Source of the DNA: Pseudozobellia thermophila
GTDB lineage: Bacteria > Bacteroidota > Bacteroidia > Flavobacteriales > Flavobacteriaceae
Direction of reading: 5' to 3'
NCBI RefSeq assembly: GCF_900141855.1
Contig: NZ_FQYU01000001.1
Span: 95,402-159,401, forward strand
Length of the DNA: 64,000 nt
In this document: in pieces, positions 30,032 through 39,853 of the stretch
Numbering within the stretch: position 1 is the first letter of the stretch
Layout: every line of letters starts with the position of its first letter
Program-made: the position numbers and the translations under genes
Notes under the pieces: model-generated
What the model was told of the DNA's origin: nothing
Database searches by the model: none
The model's input: the letters and a program-made list of their open reading frames with translations, nothing else

Positions 30032-31141
30032 CTATCTTTTGGGTTTAGGAAGAGGGTCCGACTTATCCTTCGGAACAAGTTTAAGCCTCATTGTTCCCTT
30101 GTCTTTAAAATGCCTATAGATATTATATGTTTTTTCAGTGAAATCGTCCGTACCATCACTTCGTTGGTGATAAAAAATCTTGATTGACTTACACTTCTCA
30201 TGCTCAAAGATATGGTTCAGCATGGTTCTATCAGACAAACCACAAGAATGACCAATAATATAAACCTGAAAATTATCTGCATCAATAAAACGAATTAAAT
30301 CATGATAATTTGACGTCTGCGAGTACATAAAGGACTTGATATGTGTAAAAAGACTATCGTCCTTTATATCTTCAAAATTTAAAAACTCTTTGTCCAATTC
30401 GTCACCGAATCCAAAAACAATGGGATTTTTCTCATTACCCAACTCACCATGTATATGTATCTCCTGTAGCGTAGATCCTTTTTTTTCAAAATCCAATTTC
30501 ATACGCAAATCGGCCATATATTTTCGCATTGTGGGAGTATAGTTGAAATTCAAAATACATATATTATTAGGGACTTCATCATATTTTAAGTTTTCTTTCA
30601 AGTTTTCGGTGACAACCTCATCTCTGTGAATTGGGTTCAAGAATACTAGAGAAAAATTACTTTGATTAAAGTTTTGATTTTCAATTTTCAAACTAACCAA
30701 ATAACTTTCAAGCTTCTTAGTGATAATTTCAAAATCATCATTTAACTGCTTTAAACTACTACTTTTACCTTTATTAGAAACTAAATGTTCAAAATATAGA
30801 TTTTCAATATCTACCCAACCTAAATCCGAACAACTATCATATATCGCTTTGAAAAAAGCAGAATGAAAAATGGCATTTACTTTACACATTCCGTCTGAAG
30901 AGGCAAACTCAGAAATAACATTTTTTACCTCCTCCATTGTTGAGGGAACGTTTCTATTTTTTATGGACGGACTCCTAAAATCATCTTCGTAATCTAACTC
31001 AAACAATTCATCTTGATACTTATCTGAAAGATAAAACTCTCGTAGTGCTTTTTGAAAGTAATCTAGTACAAAATCTTGATAGCTAGTCTTAAAACCATGG
31101 GCTAAATCGAAGCCATTCCCAATTAAAATAAGTCTATTCAT
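30032..31141 (-). CDS. AbiH-like abortive-infection protein (phage defence)
   Basis: N-terminal MNRLILIGNGFDLAHGFKTSYQDF is the hallmark start of the AbiH family; 369 aa; GC markedly lower (about 33%) than the flanking genes. Confidence 0.65.
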   Translation of the reverse strand: MNRLILIGNGFDLAHGFKTSYQDFVLDYFQKALREFYLSDKYQDELFELDYEDDFRSPSIKNRNVPSTMEEVKNVISEFASSDGMCKVNAIFHSAFFKAIYDSCSDLGWVDIENLYFEHLVSNKGKSSSLKQLNDDFEIITKKLESYLVSLKIENQNFNQSNFSLVFLNPIHRDEVVTENLKENLKYDEVPNNICILNFNYTPTMRKYMADLRMKLDFEKKGSTLQEIHIHGELGNEKNPIVFGFGDELDKEFLNFEDIKDDSLFTHIKSFMYSQTSNYHDLIRFIDADNFQVYIIGHSCGLSDRTMLNHIFEHEKCKSIKIFYHQRSDGTDDFTEKTYNIYRHFKDKGTMRLKLVPKDKSDPLPKPKR

Positions 31142-31280
31142 ACCTACTCATCATACCAAATCAAAAATAACCTTTCTAAAATTGATATTCCAAATAAGCC
31201 CCAACAATCCCGCGTGCCGAAACGAAAAAAAGCCTGTCAAAAAATCTGGACAGGCCTTGATTTATCGATTTAAGGAAGGC

Positions 31281-32720
31281 TTACTCCTTTTCGCCTTCCT
31301 TTGCGGGATCAGGTGATCCGGTAGCGTCGCCACCATCCCCTTCCTGGGCAAGCTCCTTGCCCTTCAGGTAGTCGGGCAATTGCATTCCGGCCATGTTGAA
31401 CATTTCCTGTAAAGGCGGGACGGACTTGTACATTCCGGAGATGAAGTTGGCGGTAGAACCTTTTCCATCGCCCGTCTTGGCTCCCGAATCCCATACGGTC
31501 ACCTTATCAATTTTAATATTCTTGATGGCTTCGGCCTGGGTTTTCACCAGCTCTGGAAGCTTATCGGCAATCAATAACAAGACAGCATCTTTAGGACTGT
31601 TTCCTGCCGCTTTTACGATTTCATCCAAACCTTGCGCTTGCTTGGTCAAAATTTCGAACAAACCTTTTGCCTCGGCCTCGGCCTTGTACAAGATGGCATC
31701 GGCCTCACCCTTGGCCTTTCTACGGATCATCTCCGCTTCGGCCTCGGCGGCGATCTCTACTTTCTTTTTATCGATTTCCGCAGGAACGACTATATCGGCC
31801 ATTTGTGAACTTCGCACCCTTTCGGCCCTAGCGATTTCCGCATCCTTCTCGGCCGCATACGATTCTTCCAAGGCCTTCGCCGCCTGTACCTTTTCGGCCG
31901 CTATCGCCGTTCTTTCGGCCTCGGCCTCCCTTTGGCGACGGATCGAATCTGAATTGGCGACATTGATCTTGGCGATGTTCTCCCCTTCGACGGCCTTGGC
32001 ATTGGCCGCCGCTACCTGGGTACGCTCATCCTGTACCGCATTGGCCTCACCGATGGATCCGTCCCTGTTTTTCTCGGCCACCGATTTTCTTGCCGCGTTG
32101 ATGGCATGTGCCGCGGCTTCCTTACCCAAGGCCTCGATATAGCCCGACTCGTCGACGATGTCCGTAATGTTCACGTTGATCAGCTTTAGGCCTACTTTCT
32201 TCAGTTCCGACTCCACACTCTGCGAGATATTGCTCAAGAACTTGTCCCTATCGGAGTTGATTTCCTCAATGTCCATGGAAGCGACCACCAAGCGCAACTG
32301 ACCGAAAATGATCTCCATGGCGAGTTCCTGTACGTCTTGCATGCCCTGGCCCAAAAGACGTTCGGCGGCATTTTGCATAATACCGGGCTCGGTGGAAATA
32401 CCAATGGTAAAGCGCGAAGGCACGTTTACCCTGATGTTTTGCTTACTCAAGGCGTTAACCAGGTTCACTTCGATCGAAATGGGCGTCAAATCCAAGTACT
32501 CGTAATCTTGGATTACGGGCCAGATAAAGGCCGCACCACCGTGTATACATTTGGCCGAGCTTCCCGCGCCCACCTTACCGTAGATCACCAAGATACGGTC
32601 TGAAGGACAGCGTTTGTAGCGTCTGATAAACGAGATGATAATGATAAAAAAGAAAAGAATGGCAAAACCAATGGCAAGGAGCGAAGCGCTACCCGCCAAT
32701 TGAAGGGGTACTAATAACAT
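31281..32720 (-). CDS. Flotillin-like SPFH/band-7 protein (YqiK-type)
   Basis: N-terminal TM segment, SPFH domain, long Ala/Glu-rich coiled coil (AEKDAEIARAE...). Confidence 0.85.
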   Translation of the reverse strand: MLLVPLQLAGSASLLAIGFAILFFFIIIISFIRRYKRCPSDRILVIYGKVGAGSSAKCIHGGAAFIWPVIQDYEYLDLTPISIEVNLVNALSKQNIRVNVPSRFTIGISTEPGIMQNAAERLLGQGMQDVQELAMEIIFGQLRLVVASMDIEEINSDRDKFLSNISQSVESELKKVGLKLINVNITDIVDESGYIEALGKEAAAHAINAARKSVAEKNRDGSIGEANAVQDERTQVAAANAKAVEGENIAKINVANSDSIRRQREAEAERTAIAAEKVQAAKALEESYAAEKDAEIARAERVRSSQMADIVVPAEIDKKKVEIAAEAEAEMIRRKAKGEADAILYKAEAEAKGLFEILTKQAQGLDEIVKAAGNSPKDAVLLLIADKLPELVKTQAEAIKNIKIDKVTVWDSGAKTGDGKGSTANFISGMYKSVPPLQEMFNMAGMQLPDYLKGKELAQEGDGGDATGSPDPAKEGEKE

Positions 32721-32724
32721 TTGG

Positions 32725-33303
32725 TCATTTATTTATGGGTTCAACAATTAAAATTCCGTTAGCGGTCACGTCCTTCACGACCACCACATTGCCCTGTACC
32801 AGGTCTTTATCGGCATCGGTAAGGGCCTCCAACTCGCGCAGGGAGCCCTGTACGTTTATGCTCACCTTACCGATACTTTTGCGATTGGCGCCAATGGTCA
32901 GGTATACCTCACCGATCTGGTCGATGGCGTTCTGGAGCTTTAAGGTGCCACTGCTCTGGAGTTTTCCCAAATAGTAGAAGAGGGAGGCCATGGCCAACAT
33001 CATCAGCAAGCCACATATGACCGAGATCAAGACCGTAAGTCCCTTCGACATTCCCGCATCCAGACAGGCAATGCCCGACCAGCCGAAAATGGTAAAGAAG
33101 CCGATAAGGTTTTTAAAGGATAAAAATTGAAATTCAATACCGGTATCCGCCTCGATCTGGGCATCGACATCACCGTCGATATCATCGACTTCACCTCCGA
33201 TAAAGGTCATTACCAAAAGTACAATGAAGATCAGGGAGGCCACTACGGCGGTAAACCAGTAGATTTTTTCGAACAACGTGTAGGTTTCTAAGCCTAGTTC
33301 CAT
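32725..33303 (-). CDS. NfeD-like/YqiJ-type membrane protein partnered with flotillin
   Basis: TM segments plus C-terminal OB-fold-like beta domain; lies 5 bp upstream of the flotillin gene. Confidence 0.6.
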   Translation of the reverse strand: MELGLETYTLFEKIYWFTAVVASLIFIVLLVMTFIGGEVDDIDGDVDAQIEADTGIEFQFLSFKNLIGFFTIFGWSGIACLDAGMSKGLTVLISVICGLLMMLAMASLFYYLGKLQSSGTLKLQNAIDQIGEVYLTIGANRKSIGKVSINVQGSLRELEALTDADKDLVQGNVVVVKDVTANGILIVEPINK

Positions 33304-33370
33304 AAGCTACAAAGTTTAGGTTGGCGATTAAAGATAAGAATAATCTTACCCAAAACAATTTGAAAGCGGA

Positions 33371-34558
33371 CTATCCCCTACGGGACAACAGAACGGAAAC
33401 CGCATTTCCCCCAAAACCCACCGCATTGACGAGTACTTTTTCAAGTTTGTCAAGCCCCGCAGGATAGGCAACAAAGGGGACTTTTATCGCCTGTTGGTGC
33501 CGTAACATCAAGACCGCAAGTTCTATACTTAACGCTCCCGAGGCCCCAAAAGTATGTCCGACTTTCCATTTGTTCGTCGTCAAGAAGGGCACCTTGTTGC
33601 CAAACACCTTACCGATCGCCCTGTACTCCGACAGATCGCCCTTTACCGTACCCGGCGCATGCATTACGATGGCGTCTACCTCATCGGGACGTATTTCACC
33701 CAAGGCCATTTTCATGGAAGCCTGAAAACACTCGGCATCCGTAGAAATGGAAATATTATGGCGTAAGGGCTCCGTGGCATACCCGATTCCCTCAATAACG
33801 GCCAAGGTTTTTTCTCCCACTCCCTTTTCAAGGCACATGACCGAAGCGCCCTCACCGAGGATCATGGTACTTTTTTCCTTTTCAAGGTCCAAGGCCCGGC
33901 TGGGGAAGCCCCCATTTCCTTCGGAAGCGTTCTCCGCCCGATACTGCGAATAAATTTTAAGCGCCTTCATCTGGGCTATCGTAAAAGGCGTTAGTGGCGC
34001 CTCGCTGCCCCCTACCAGAAATTTATCGGCCATACCGCTTCTCAGCCACGCCACCCCGTTCAAAACGGCATGCAGGGCGGTGGAACAGGTAATGGAATGC
34101 GATATCTCCGGGCCCTTGGTCTTTAGGTCGTGTGCCACCCAAGACGAAATATTCCCCAAGGTGGTGGTAGGCGACGAGAGCGTTGCCGTTCTATTGTTTT
34201 CAAGAAATTCTTTATGGTATTTTTCAAAGAGTGCGGTTGCTCCCCGCGATGAACCGATATTGACGCCGAAATCATCGCCCGCCTTCCATCCGGCCTTGGC
34301 AATTGCATCCCTTGAGGCATAAAGCGCGAACAAGACCGAATCGTCTAGGCTTTTGTACTTGTTGTCGGAATTCCTAAGCTGTTCTATCTCCTCCTTTGAC
34401 TCCTCTGACAAGGGAGCGGCCCATTCCTTGGTTGCACCAAAATCCCTTTGTCCAAAAAGATGGCTGTCTTTAAGATAGCTCGCCCAGGCTTCGCTGGAAG
34501 TTTTTCCCAATGGGGAGATTGAGCCTATTGCGGTAATGGATATCGGTTGTTCTTTCAA
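33371..34558 (-). CDS. Beta-ketoacyl-ACP synthase (KAS I/II family)
   Basis: Catalytic Cys (ITCSTALHAV), HAPGT and GHTFGASG His motifs; lies 9 bp downstream of bioA. Confidence 0.8.
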   Translation of the reverse strand: MKEQPISITAIGSISPLGKTSSEAWASYLKDSHLFGQRDFGATKEWAAPLSEESKEEIEQLRNSDNKYKSLDDSVLFALYASRDAIAKAGWKAGDDFGVNIGSSRGATALFEKYHKEFLENNRTATLSSPTTTLGNISSWVAHDLKTKGPEISHSITCSTALHAVLNGVAWLRSGMADKFLVGGSEAPLTPFTIAQMKALKIYSQYRAENASEGNGGFPSRALDLEKEKSTMILGEGASVMCLEKGVGEKTLAVIEGIGYATEPLRHNISISTDAECFQASMKMALGEIRPDEVDAIVMHAPGTVKGDLSEYRAIGKVFGNKVPFLTTNKWKVGHTFGASGALSIELAVLMLRHQQAIKVPFVAYPAGLDKLEKVLVNAVGFGGNAVSVLLSRRG

Positions 34559-34567
34559 GCGTTGGAT

Positions 34568-35869
34568 TTAAATACTGTTCAGCAGATCCTCTATGGTAGC
34601 ATATATTTTCTGTAGCTGTGGATCCGTAATGACATATGGGGCAGAAATATAAACGGTACTACCCAAAGGCCGCAAAAATACCCCATTATTCATGAAATGC
34701 CTGAAAATTTGGTCGCGCAAGTTGCCATAGCGCTCCATTTGCAAGTTAAGATCCAAGGCATAAATGATGCCGCACTGTCGCGTACGGGCCACCTTGGGGT
34801 GATCCTTTATTTTAAGATCGAAGCCCTGGTGCGAGGCGATTATTCTTTTGATACTGTCTTGGATCTCTAGTGACTGCAACAGTTCCAAGCCGGCCAAAGC
34901 CGCGGTACAGGCCAAGGGGTTGGCCGTATAGGTGTGACCGTGAAAGAGGCCTTTTGCCAAGTCGTCGCTATAGAAGGCATCGTAGACCTCTTGGGTGCAA
35001 CTGGTGACCGCCATGGGCAGCAGGCCGGCGGTAAGGGCCTTCGACATGCAGATGATATCCGGTTTAACGGTCATATGATCGGAGGCAAAAGCCTTTCCGG
35101 TCTTACCGAAGCCCGTCATCACCTCATCGGCAATGCAGAGCACCCCGTGTTTTTTCAAAAGTTTCAAAACCCGTTCCAGGTTTTCGGCCTTGTGCATTTT
35201 CATGGCGGCGGCACCCTGCACCAAAGGCTCGTAAATAAAGCCGGCCATATCGTTTTGCTGCAGCCTTTCTTCCAGCTGGGCAAGTACCTCATCGATGTTT
35301 TCGTCCGTAGGAACTGCAATTCGCTCAACGTCAATAAAAAAATCCTCGAAGGGGCCATTGTACACCGATAGTCCCGAAACGGACATCGCACCGAAGGTAT
35401 CCCCATGAAAACCCTCTTCAAAGGCCAGTAGGGTTTTGCGCTTTCTACCTTGGTTAAAATGGAATTGCAAGGCCATTTTAATACCGATTTCCGTAGCCGT
35501 AGAGCCATTATCGGAAAAGAAAAGCTTTTCTTGGTTTTCGGGCAGTAGCTTTATCAGCGCTTCCGACAATTTTACGGCCGGCCCATGGGTAAAGCCGCTG
35601 AAGACCACTTGATCCAATTGTTGCATCTGGGCATAGACCCTGTCGGTGATATAGGTATTACAATGTCCATAGGCACTGGTATACCAAGAGGCGATGCCGT
35701 CTATATACTCCTTTCCATCCTCATCGTACAAAAGGGCCCCTTTCGCCCTGATGATGCCCAACATATCCGGGTTCAATTTGTGTTGGGTCAAAGGGTGCCA
35801 GATGTGCTTTTTATCCCTAAGCGATAAACTTTCCCTTACTGGGGTTTCTGACGCGCTTGCCTTCTTCAT
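34568..35869 (-). CDS. bioA: Adenosylmethionine-8-amino-7-oxononanoate aminotransferase
   Basis: Class III aminotransferase with BioA-like N-terminus (HIWHP...), PLP Lys region. Confidence 0.9.
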   Translation of the reverse strand: MKKASASETPVRESLSLRDKKHIWHPLTQHKLNPDMLGIIRAKGALLYDEDGKEYIDGIASWYTSAYGHCNTYITDRVYAQMQQLDQVVFSGFTHGPAVKLSEALIKLLPENQEKLFFSDNGSTATEIGIKMALQFHFNQGRKRKTLLAFEEGFHGDTFGAMSVSGLSVYNGPFEDFFIDVERIAVPTDENIDEVLAQLEERLQQNDMAGFIYEPLVQGAAAMKMHKAENLERVLKLLKKHGVLCIADEVMTGFGKTGKAFASDHMTVKPDIICMSKALTAGLLPMAVTSCTQEVYDAFYSDDLAKGLFHGHTYTANPLACTAALAGLELLQSLEIQDSIKRIIASHQGFDLKIKDHPKVARTRQCGIIYALDLNLQMERYGNLRDQIFRHFMNNGVFLRPLGSTVYISAPYVITDPQLQKIYATIEDLLNSI

Positions 35870-35926
35870 AATGCAAAGATGGGAAATTAAAACTTTTTTT
35901 TTGAAGTATTTTGTTGATCTTTAGCC

Positions 35927-37570
35927 TTGAAAAATCAAAGGAAAATGAAATTTTTTGACGTCGGATTTTTGCACCCGACCAATACAAAAAATCTATATCG
36001 GCTATCGTTTTTAATCATTGTCCTCTATACGATATCCCTTTTTTACAATCTGCACCTCGCACCCTTGTATTCTGAAGAACCACGGCGTGCTCTGGTAGCC
36101 TTGGAAATGCTGCTGAACAACAACTTTATAGTCACTACCATTCTAAACCAAACCTTTTACGACCACCCTCCATTATGGAACATTGTACTCGCCGGAAGCA
36201 TAAAGCTCTTTGGCTACAACACCTTTGCCCTACGTTTTCCCTCGGCATTTTCACTTTTGCTCACGGGCATTCTAGCCTTTTATATGGGCAAAAAATACAT
36301 TAACACCAGATTCGGCATCTTAAGCGCCTTCTATTACTTGGTCTGTGCCGACCTTTATTTCTATTTTTCCGTAACCGCCGAAATCGACATCTTTTACTCC
36401 CTACTGGTCACCCTTAGCATATTCAGCATCTTTCATTTTTACGAACAGAAGCGGTTTTACCTTCTTTTTGGTACTGCCTATTTTTTTATTACCCTTGCTT
36501 TTTTGACCAAGGGTTTCGCCTCTTTCGCCTTTATAATAATCACCTTGGGCTCATACCTGTTGTATAAAAAAGACCTCAAGCGACTTTTCTCTTGGCCGCA
36601 TATCTTTTGCGCCCTCTTATCTGCGGCGGCGGTCTATTTCTACTTTTACATCTATGGAAGTTACGAGAACCTAGGTAGGTATATTTCGGAAATGTGGGGA
36701 CTAACAGAACAACGCACCTTACTCAGCGACCGGTTTGATGGAATCATAAAACACCTTTTCACGTTTCCCTTGAATTTCTTGGGCGTGATCTTTCCCTCTA
36801 CCCTATTCCTATTGTTTATTTGGGAAAAAGAACAGATACAAAACATCAAGGCACAACCCTACCTTGTTTTTCTGGTCATCGCCTTTATCGCCAACTTTTT
36901 GGTGTATTGGGTTTCTCCCGGAGCTAGAATCAGGTACACCTATATGTTCTTCCCCATGGTCGTAACCGTATTGAGCTACCCTTTGTTTCTTCGGCTAAAA
37001 GAAACCAACTGGAAACACAAGGCCTATCACACTTTTTTTAAGGCAATCATGGCCATTGCCGCCCTTGTCTGTCTGGTCATTCCGTTTGTGGGCTATTTTT
37101 CCATTTTACCCCATCTAAAATACACCATGCCGCTTTTCGGACTGCTTCTTATCCTCACCCTTATTTTTCACCATAAGACCATCGGATACACCAAACACCT
37201 TTTCGTTATTACCTTTATCGTACTCTGTAGATTGGTCTTTGACCATGTGGCCCTTCCCATGAAAGCCCTGACCTCATCCGGCGCGGCACACAAGAGCTAT
37301 GCCGAAGACATTCATAAGATCATTGGCGAGGACGAAACTCCCCTTTACGTATTTACACAGGAAGATTTACGGACCCACATACAAACGCCGTTCAAATTGT
37401 ACGAAACGGCATCATATCTAGAAATGTCGCGCAAGTCAATCGTAATGAATACGGATCAGTGTGAGTTGCCCGGCTACTATATTTTCAACAAGCAGAACTT
37501 GGAAGGACGCAAACCCTTGTACGAATTCACCATAAGCAAGGTAGATTTGGCCCTGGTAAAAATAGACTGA
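35927..37570 (+). CDS. Polytopic membrane glycosyltransferase, GT39/GT83 (ArnT/PMT-like)
   Basis: About 12 TM segments; early loop SEEPRRALVALEML fits the DE/EP..RYA-type catalytic loop of ArnT-like enzymes. Confidence 0.6.
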   Translation: MKNQRKMKFFDVGFLHPTNTKNLYRLSFLIIVLYTISLFYNLHLAPLYSEEPRRALVALEMLLNNNFIVTTILNQTFYDHPPLWNIVLAGSIKLFGYNTFALRFPSAFSLLLTGILAFYMGKKYINTRFGILSAFYYLVCADLYFYFSVTAEIDIFYSLLVTLSIFSIFHFYEQKRFYLLFGTAYFFITLAFLTKGFASFAFIIITLGSYLLYKKDLKRLFSWPHIFCALLSAAAVYFYFYIYGSYENLGRYISEMWGLTEQRTLLSDRFDGIIKHLFTFPLNFLGVIFPSTLFLLFIWEKEQIQNIKAQPYLVFLVIAFIANFLVYWVSPGARIRYTYMFFPMVVTVLSYPLFLRLKETNWKHKAYHTFFKAIMAIAALVCLVIPFVGYFSILPHLKYTMPLFGLLLILTLIFHHKTIGYTKHLFVITFIVLCRLVFDHVALPMKALTSSGAAHKSYAEDIHKIIGEDETPLYVFTQEDLRTHIQTPFKLYETASYLEMSRKSIVMNTDQCELPGYYIFNKQNLEGRKPLYEFTISKVDLALVKID

Positions 37571-37578
37571 GCCTACAC

Positions 37579-38196
37579 CTAGAGCGTTTTTAATATAGAA
37601 GCGAACTTATCGGCGTATCTTTTAACGACGGCCTTGTCAAAAACAGGCTCCTCATCTATGCGACCGATCAAGGAAACCCCGGTTTTGTGAAGGATAATGT
37701 TTTCGGTATGCGGATTGGCGTCGCCACTAAAAAGCACCGAAACGTCGTAGCCCTTTTGGGTCAACCAATTAATGGTCAAGAGCGAATGGTTGATACTGCC
37801 CAGGTAATGGCGCGAAACCACCACTACTTTGTAGGTAGGCATGATAATATCGAGTACGGTATCGGTATCGTTGAAAGGTACCAAAATGCCCCCGCAACCC
37901 TCGATGACCAAGTGGTTATCGGTCTCGGGCTCCTCGATTTTTTGACGATCGATATGGATGCCGTCTATTTCCGCCGCGGCGTGCGGACTCATAGGTTCAC
38001 TCAATTCGTAACTGCTCTTGTGTATTACCGTTTTATCGTTGGAAATGAGCGATTTTACCTTGTGGCTATCGCTATTCTCCAAATCGCCCGCTTGAACGGG
38101 TTTCCAATAATCTGCTTGCAGAGCTTCCGCGATAACGGCCGAAGCAATTGTTTTTCCTACTCCCGTAGAAATTCCTGTTACGAAAAATTGTGACAT
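37579..38196 (-). CDS. bioD: Dethiobiotin synthase
   Basis: P-loop GISTGVGKT, BioD size. Confidence 0.9.
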   Translation of the reverse strand: MSQFFVTGISTGVGKTIASAVIAEALQADYWKPVQAGDLENSDSHKVKSLISNDKTVIHKSSYELSEPMSPHAAAEIDGIHIDRQKIEEPETDNHLVIEGCGGILVPFNDTDTVLDIIMPTYKVVVVSRHYLGSINHSLLTINWLTQKGYDVSVLFSGDANPHTENIILHKTGVSLIGRIDEEPVFDKAVVKRYADKFASILKTL

Positions 38197-38197
38197 A

Positions 38198-38581
38198 CTA
38201 ATCTTGGTTTGTGATCATGCCACAATTTAGGCATTTGTATTTTCTTTTCTCAAAAAACGGGAAAAGTTTATTCAAAAGTCCCTGTCGTTTATAATAAACC
38301 TCCGACTTTTGGGCCTTGCAATTGGGGCAAACAATCAGGTTGCCCTCATCGTCTATGGCATAGGCCCTAATTTCGTTGTAAACGGCCAGGGCGCGCTCCT
38401 TATCCTCGGTGTACACCTGCAATTTCACCCCGCCAATGGCATTGCTGATGAGCGGGTCGGAATTTAGGGTATGCTCATCCCTGAGAAAAACAGGAATGCC
38501 CTCGGACTCCAATTTTCCTTTCAGTATTTGAACGTCGGAAGGATATTCAAAGGAGGCAATGGTATAAAACTTCTCTTTCAT
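38198..38581 (-). CDS. DUF2007-like small protein between bioF and bioD
   Basis: Start taken at the internal Met MKEKFYTIASFEY; C-terminal Cys pairs CPNC...CLNC. Confidence 0.5.
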   Translation of the reverse strand: MKEKFYTIASFEYPSDVQILKGKLESEGIPVFLRDEHTLNSDPLISNAIGGVKLQVYTEDKERALAVYNEIRAYAIDDEGNLIVCPNCKAQKSEVYYKRQGLLNKLFPFFEKRKYKCLNCGMITNQD

Positions 38582-38582
38582 A

Positions 38583-39734
38583 TTACAATAGGCTGGCCAC
38601 TTCTTCCAGTAGATTATCGATCTCTTTTTCGGTATTAAAACCATGCAGGCAAATGCGCAAGCGCTCTTGCCCTTCCGGAACGGTGGGCGAAAGGATCGCG
38701 CGAACATCGAAGCCCTTATCTTGAATGGCCTTGGCCATGTTCCGGGCCTTGTGGTTACCAGGAACCAAACAACAGTGAATGGCCGAATCGCTGATGATGA
38801 ATTGTTCCTTCAGGCCCAAATCGCTTAGTTTATGGTTGAAATGGGAAATGTTATGCCTCAGTTTTTCCAACCCATCGACAGGCGCCCTCAAATGGCCATA
38901 GGCCGATAGTACGGAAGCTATCGAATGGGGCGGAAGCCCTGTCGTATAGATAAAACTACGGGCAAAATTCGCCAAGTACGACTTTAGGCCCTCGCTGCCC
39001 AAAATCGCGGCGCCATGGCAGCCCACACCTTTCCCAAAGGTAACTAGGCGGGCAAATACGCTGTCCTGCAGGCCCAAGGCCTGCACCAAGCCCTCCCCAT
39101 GGCTTCCAAAGACCCCAAGGGCATGGGCCTCGTCGACCACCAAATGGCAATTTTGGGCTTTGCATATGGCCGCTAAATCTTCTAAATCGGGGGCATCCCC
39201 ATCCATGGAAAAAACCGATTCCGTCACCACGTATATTTCGGTGTCGGCGAGATTTCGACTCCGCTCCATCCGGCATCTGTTCTTCAGGTCTTCCAGGTCG
39301 TTATGTTTAAATTTATAACTCTTGGCATGGCCCATACGAATACCGTCGCGAATACTCGCATGAATGTACTCATCATAAAAAACGATATCGCCCCGTTGGG
39401 GCACCGAACTAAAAAAACCGATATTGGCGTCGTAACCCGAGTTAAAGACCAAGGCCGCCCCGGTTTGGTGAAATTGACACAGCTCAGTTTCCAAAGCCTG
39501 ATAAAGAGGGTGGTTTCCCGAAAGCAAACGCGAACCTGTTGCCCCGTTTTGCAAGACCTTATGCCCTTCCATAAGACGCAAGGCTTCGGCGGAAACCGAT
39601 TGGCACCGTGAAAGTCCCAAATAATCATTGGACGAAAAATCGACCAAACCATGGGATGCGGGCAAGCTCCTTAAGGCATTGACAGCATTTCTATCGCTTA
39701 GCTTTTTCGCTAATTTTTCGGGCAGGTCTACCAT
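38583..39734 (-). CDS. bioF: 8-amino-7-oxononanoate synthase
   Basis: SNDYLGL, PLP Lys region; start taken at MVDLPEKL. Confidence 0.9.
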   Translation of the reverse strand: MVDLPEKLAKKLSDRNAVNALRSLPASHGLVDFSSNDYLGLSRCQSVSAEALRLMEGHKVLQNGATGSRLLSGNHPLYQALETELCQFHQTGAALVFNSGYDANIGFFSSVPQRGDIVFYDEYIHASIRDGIRMGHAKSYKFKHNDLEDLKNRCRMERSRNLADTEIYVVTESVFSMDGDAPDLEDLAAICKAQNCHLVVDEAHALGVFGSHGEGLVQALGLQDSVFARLVTFGKGVGCHGAAILGSEGLKSYLANFARSFIYTTGLPPHSIASVLSAYGHLRAPVDGLEKLRHNISHFNHKLSDLGLKEQFIISDSAIHCCLVPGNHKARNMAKAIQDKGFDVRAILSPTVPEGQERLRICLHGFNTEKEIDNLLEEVASLL

Positions 39735-39853
39735 AACCCAAATGTAGCATCTTTGAACGAATAGAAAAACCACGGCGGGCATCCGGATCAAGGTCCTTTC
39801 TATTCCTTGCCTTATTCTACCGTTTTTTTGACGAATATTATACCTTTAACCTA

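Noticed and set aside
31393-32142. 249-aa plus-strand ORF overlapping the flotillin gene
   Set aside because: Antisense to flotillin; Ala/Ser-rich composition from the GC-skewed coiled-coil region
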